Origin: Dictyostelium discoideum
Lineage: Eukaryota
Assembly (NCBI GenBank): GCA_000004695.1
Contig: CM000150.2
Coordinates: forward strand, 2,496,001 to 2,560,000
Direction of reading: 5' to 3'
Length of the DNA: 64,000 nucleotides
In this document: positions 63,158 through 64,000 of the stretch, piece after piece
Layout of the letters: the number at the start of each line of letters is the position of its first letter
How positions within the stretch are numbered: the first letter of the stretch is position 1
Translations under genes and position numbers: made by a program
Notes under the pieces: model-generated
Seen by the model: the letters and a program-made list of their open reading frames with translations, nothing else
Told to the model about the DNA's origin: nothing
Databases searched by the model: none

Positions 63158-64000
63158 GTTAGATATGTTGGTATACCTACTCAAAGATACTAAAAACAAA
63201 ATAAAGATCAACGACTTTTTAGTCAATGGAATAACAATCAGAAGAGGAACAAAACAAGGAGACCCAATATCACCAACAATCTTTGCTCTAGTTTTAGAAC
63301 CACTTCTAATAGATATCATCAATGATAATACAATCAAAGGCTTCACTCTACCAAATTCCAAATCATTAAAACTCACTGCATTTGCTGACGACATAGCAAC
63401 CTTTACAAACTCCACAGAAGAACTAATGAAAATTAATACTAAAATCCAAAAGTACTGCTCAGCAACATCATCATCGTTAAACAAAGAGAAAACAGTAATG
63501 ATAGCAATAGGAGATAAACCACACGATCTACCATTCCAAGAGAGTACAGTCCCAGAAAGATATCTTGGCCTCAATTTCACCAAAACAGGTTTAAATTCAA
63601 AATACAACACTTTAATCCAAGAAATGAAAAACAATCTAATCAAATGGAAATCACAAGCAATAACGATGAAGGCAAAGATGACAATTCTCAAAACATACGT
63701 TCTATCCAAATTAACATACCATCAATACATGGATAATCTAAATGAAGAACAAATTGAGGAAATCAATAACATGACCAGATGGTTCTTATTCTCCTCAGTT
63801 AAGAATACATATACAGAAGAGAGAAAATACAAAACTATGATGAAAATAGACAGAGCATATGCAGATTGGAAAGAAGGAGGCATAAAATTATGGGATATAG
63901 AACTAAGACATATAGCATTCAAAATCTGGTACATGAACAGGCTACTCCATAATAACTACAACAACAACAATACCTTACAAGAATGGTACATGGAGCAATT
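63158..64000 (+). CDS. reverse transcriptase fragment (C-terminal RT motifs) of non-LTR element, partial at both ends
   Basis: Frame is open for 281 codons to the window edge: LDMLVYLLKDTKNKIKINDFLVNGITIRRGTKQGDPISPTIFALVLEPLLIDIINDNTIKGFTLPNSKSLKLTAFADDIATFTNSTEELMKIN…. The minus-strand ORFs in the track here (63035..63709, 63722..63934) are antisense artefacts. Confidence 0.6.

Larger units (their letters stand above)
62883..64000 (+). mobile_element. TRE3-like non-LTR retrotransposon (5'-truncated), about 135 bp downstream of tRNA-Ser; extends past window end
   Basis: Position 3' of a tRNA gene. Open RT reading frame from 63158 to the window end, with RT motifs …NDFLVNGITIRRGTKQGDPISPTIFALVLEPLL… and …LTAFADDIATF… (FADD catalytic box). 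Preceded by tandem oligo(A)-terminated 3'-module-like units. Confidence 0.6.

Noticed and set aside
63035-63934. Minus-strand ORFs 63035..63709 and 63722..63934
   Set aside because: They are antisense to a clearly recognisable reverse-transcriptase frame on the plus strand, and they have hydrophobic junk composition.

Overview
This window looks like Dictyostelium (social amoeba) nuclear DNA: about 78% A+T, long homopolymer A/T tracts, poly-Asn/poly-Gln coding repeats, short AT-rich GTAAGT...AG introns, and tRNA genes flanked by non-LTR retroelements. All calls below come from reading the sequence and translating it by eye; none was confirmed by a database search.

Features called:
- A partial Cys-rich zinc-finger-like gene at the left edge.
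- An ESF1 (pre-rRNA processing) homologue.
- A small hypothetical gene.
- A TRE5-like retroelement ORF1 with a duplicated 5' module, sitting upstream of a tRNA-Lys(UUU).
- A foldback palindrome carrying B-box-like motifs just 3' of that tRNA.
- A roughly 35-kb tandem triplication (about 8.65 to 43.4 kb) of a head-to-head gene cassette, described below.
- A secreted EGF/IPT protein gene.
- GINS subunit Sld5.
- A ZIP zinc transporter.
- A TM9SF (nonaspanin)-like gene with extreme poly-Asn inserts.
- A UbiA-like prenyltransferase-family membrane protein.
- A CDF (ZnT-like) zinc transporter.
- A copine-like C2-domain protein with annexin VII-like GYPPQQ repeats.
- A tRNA-Ser(AGA) followed by a 5'-truncated TRE3-like reverse-transcriptase element with tandem 3'-module units.

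The standout is the triplicated cassette. On the minus strand it carries a secreted DNase II-family nuclease with a long C-terminal extension. On the plus strand, transcribed divergently from a shared intergenic region, it carries a giant glycoprotein of about 3200 to 3400 aa. That protein has four CI-MPR-like (mannose-6-phosphate receptor homology) repeats, one per exon, followed by many IPT/TIG repeats, a GC-rich Ala/Thr hydrophobic block, and a Cys-rich C-terminal domain. Only copy 3 has both genes intact. Copy 1 has an intact receptor-like gene next to a decayed nuclease gene. Copy 2 is a pseudogenised remnant of both. I propose this as a candidate lysosomal-hydrolase and MRH sorting-receptor system, or possibly a recognition system, for an organism in which no mannose-6-phosphate-type receptor has been characterised.
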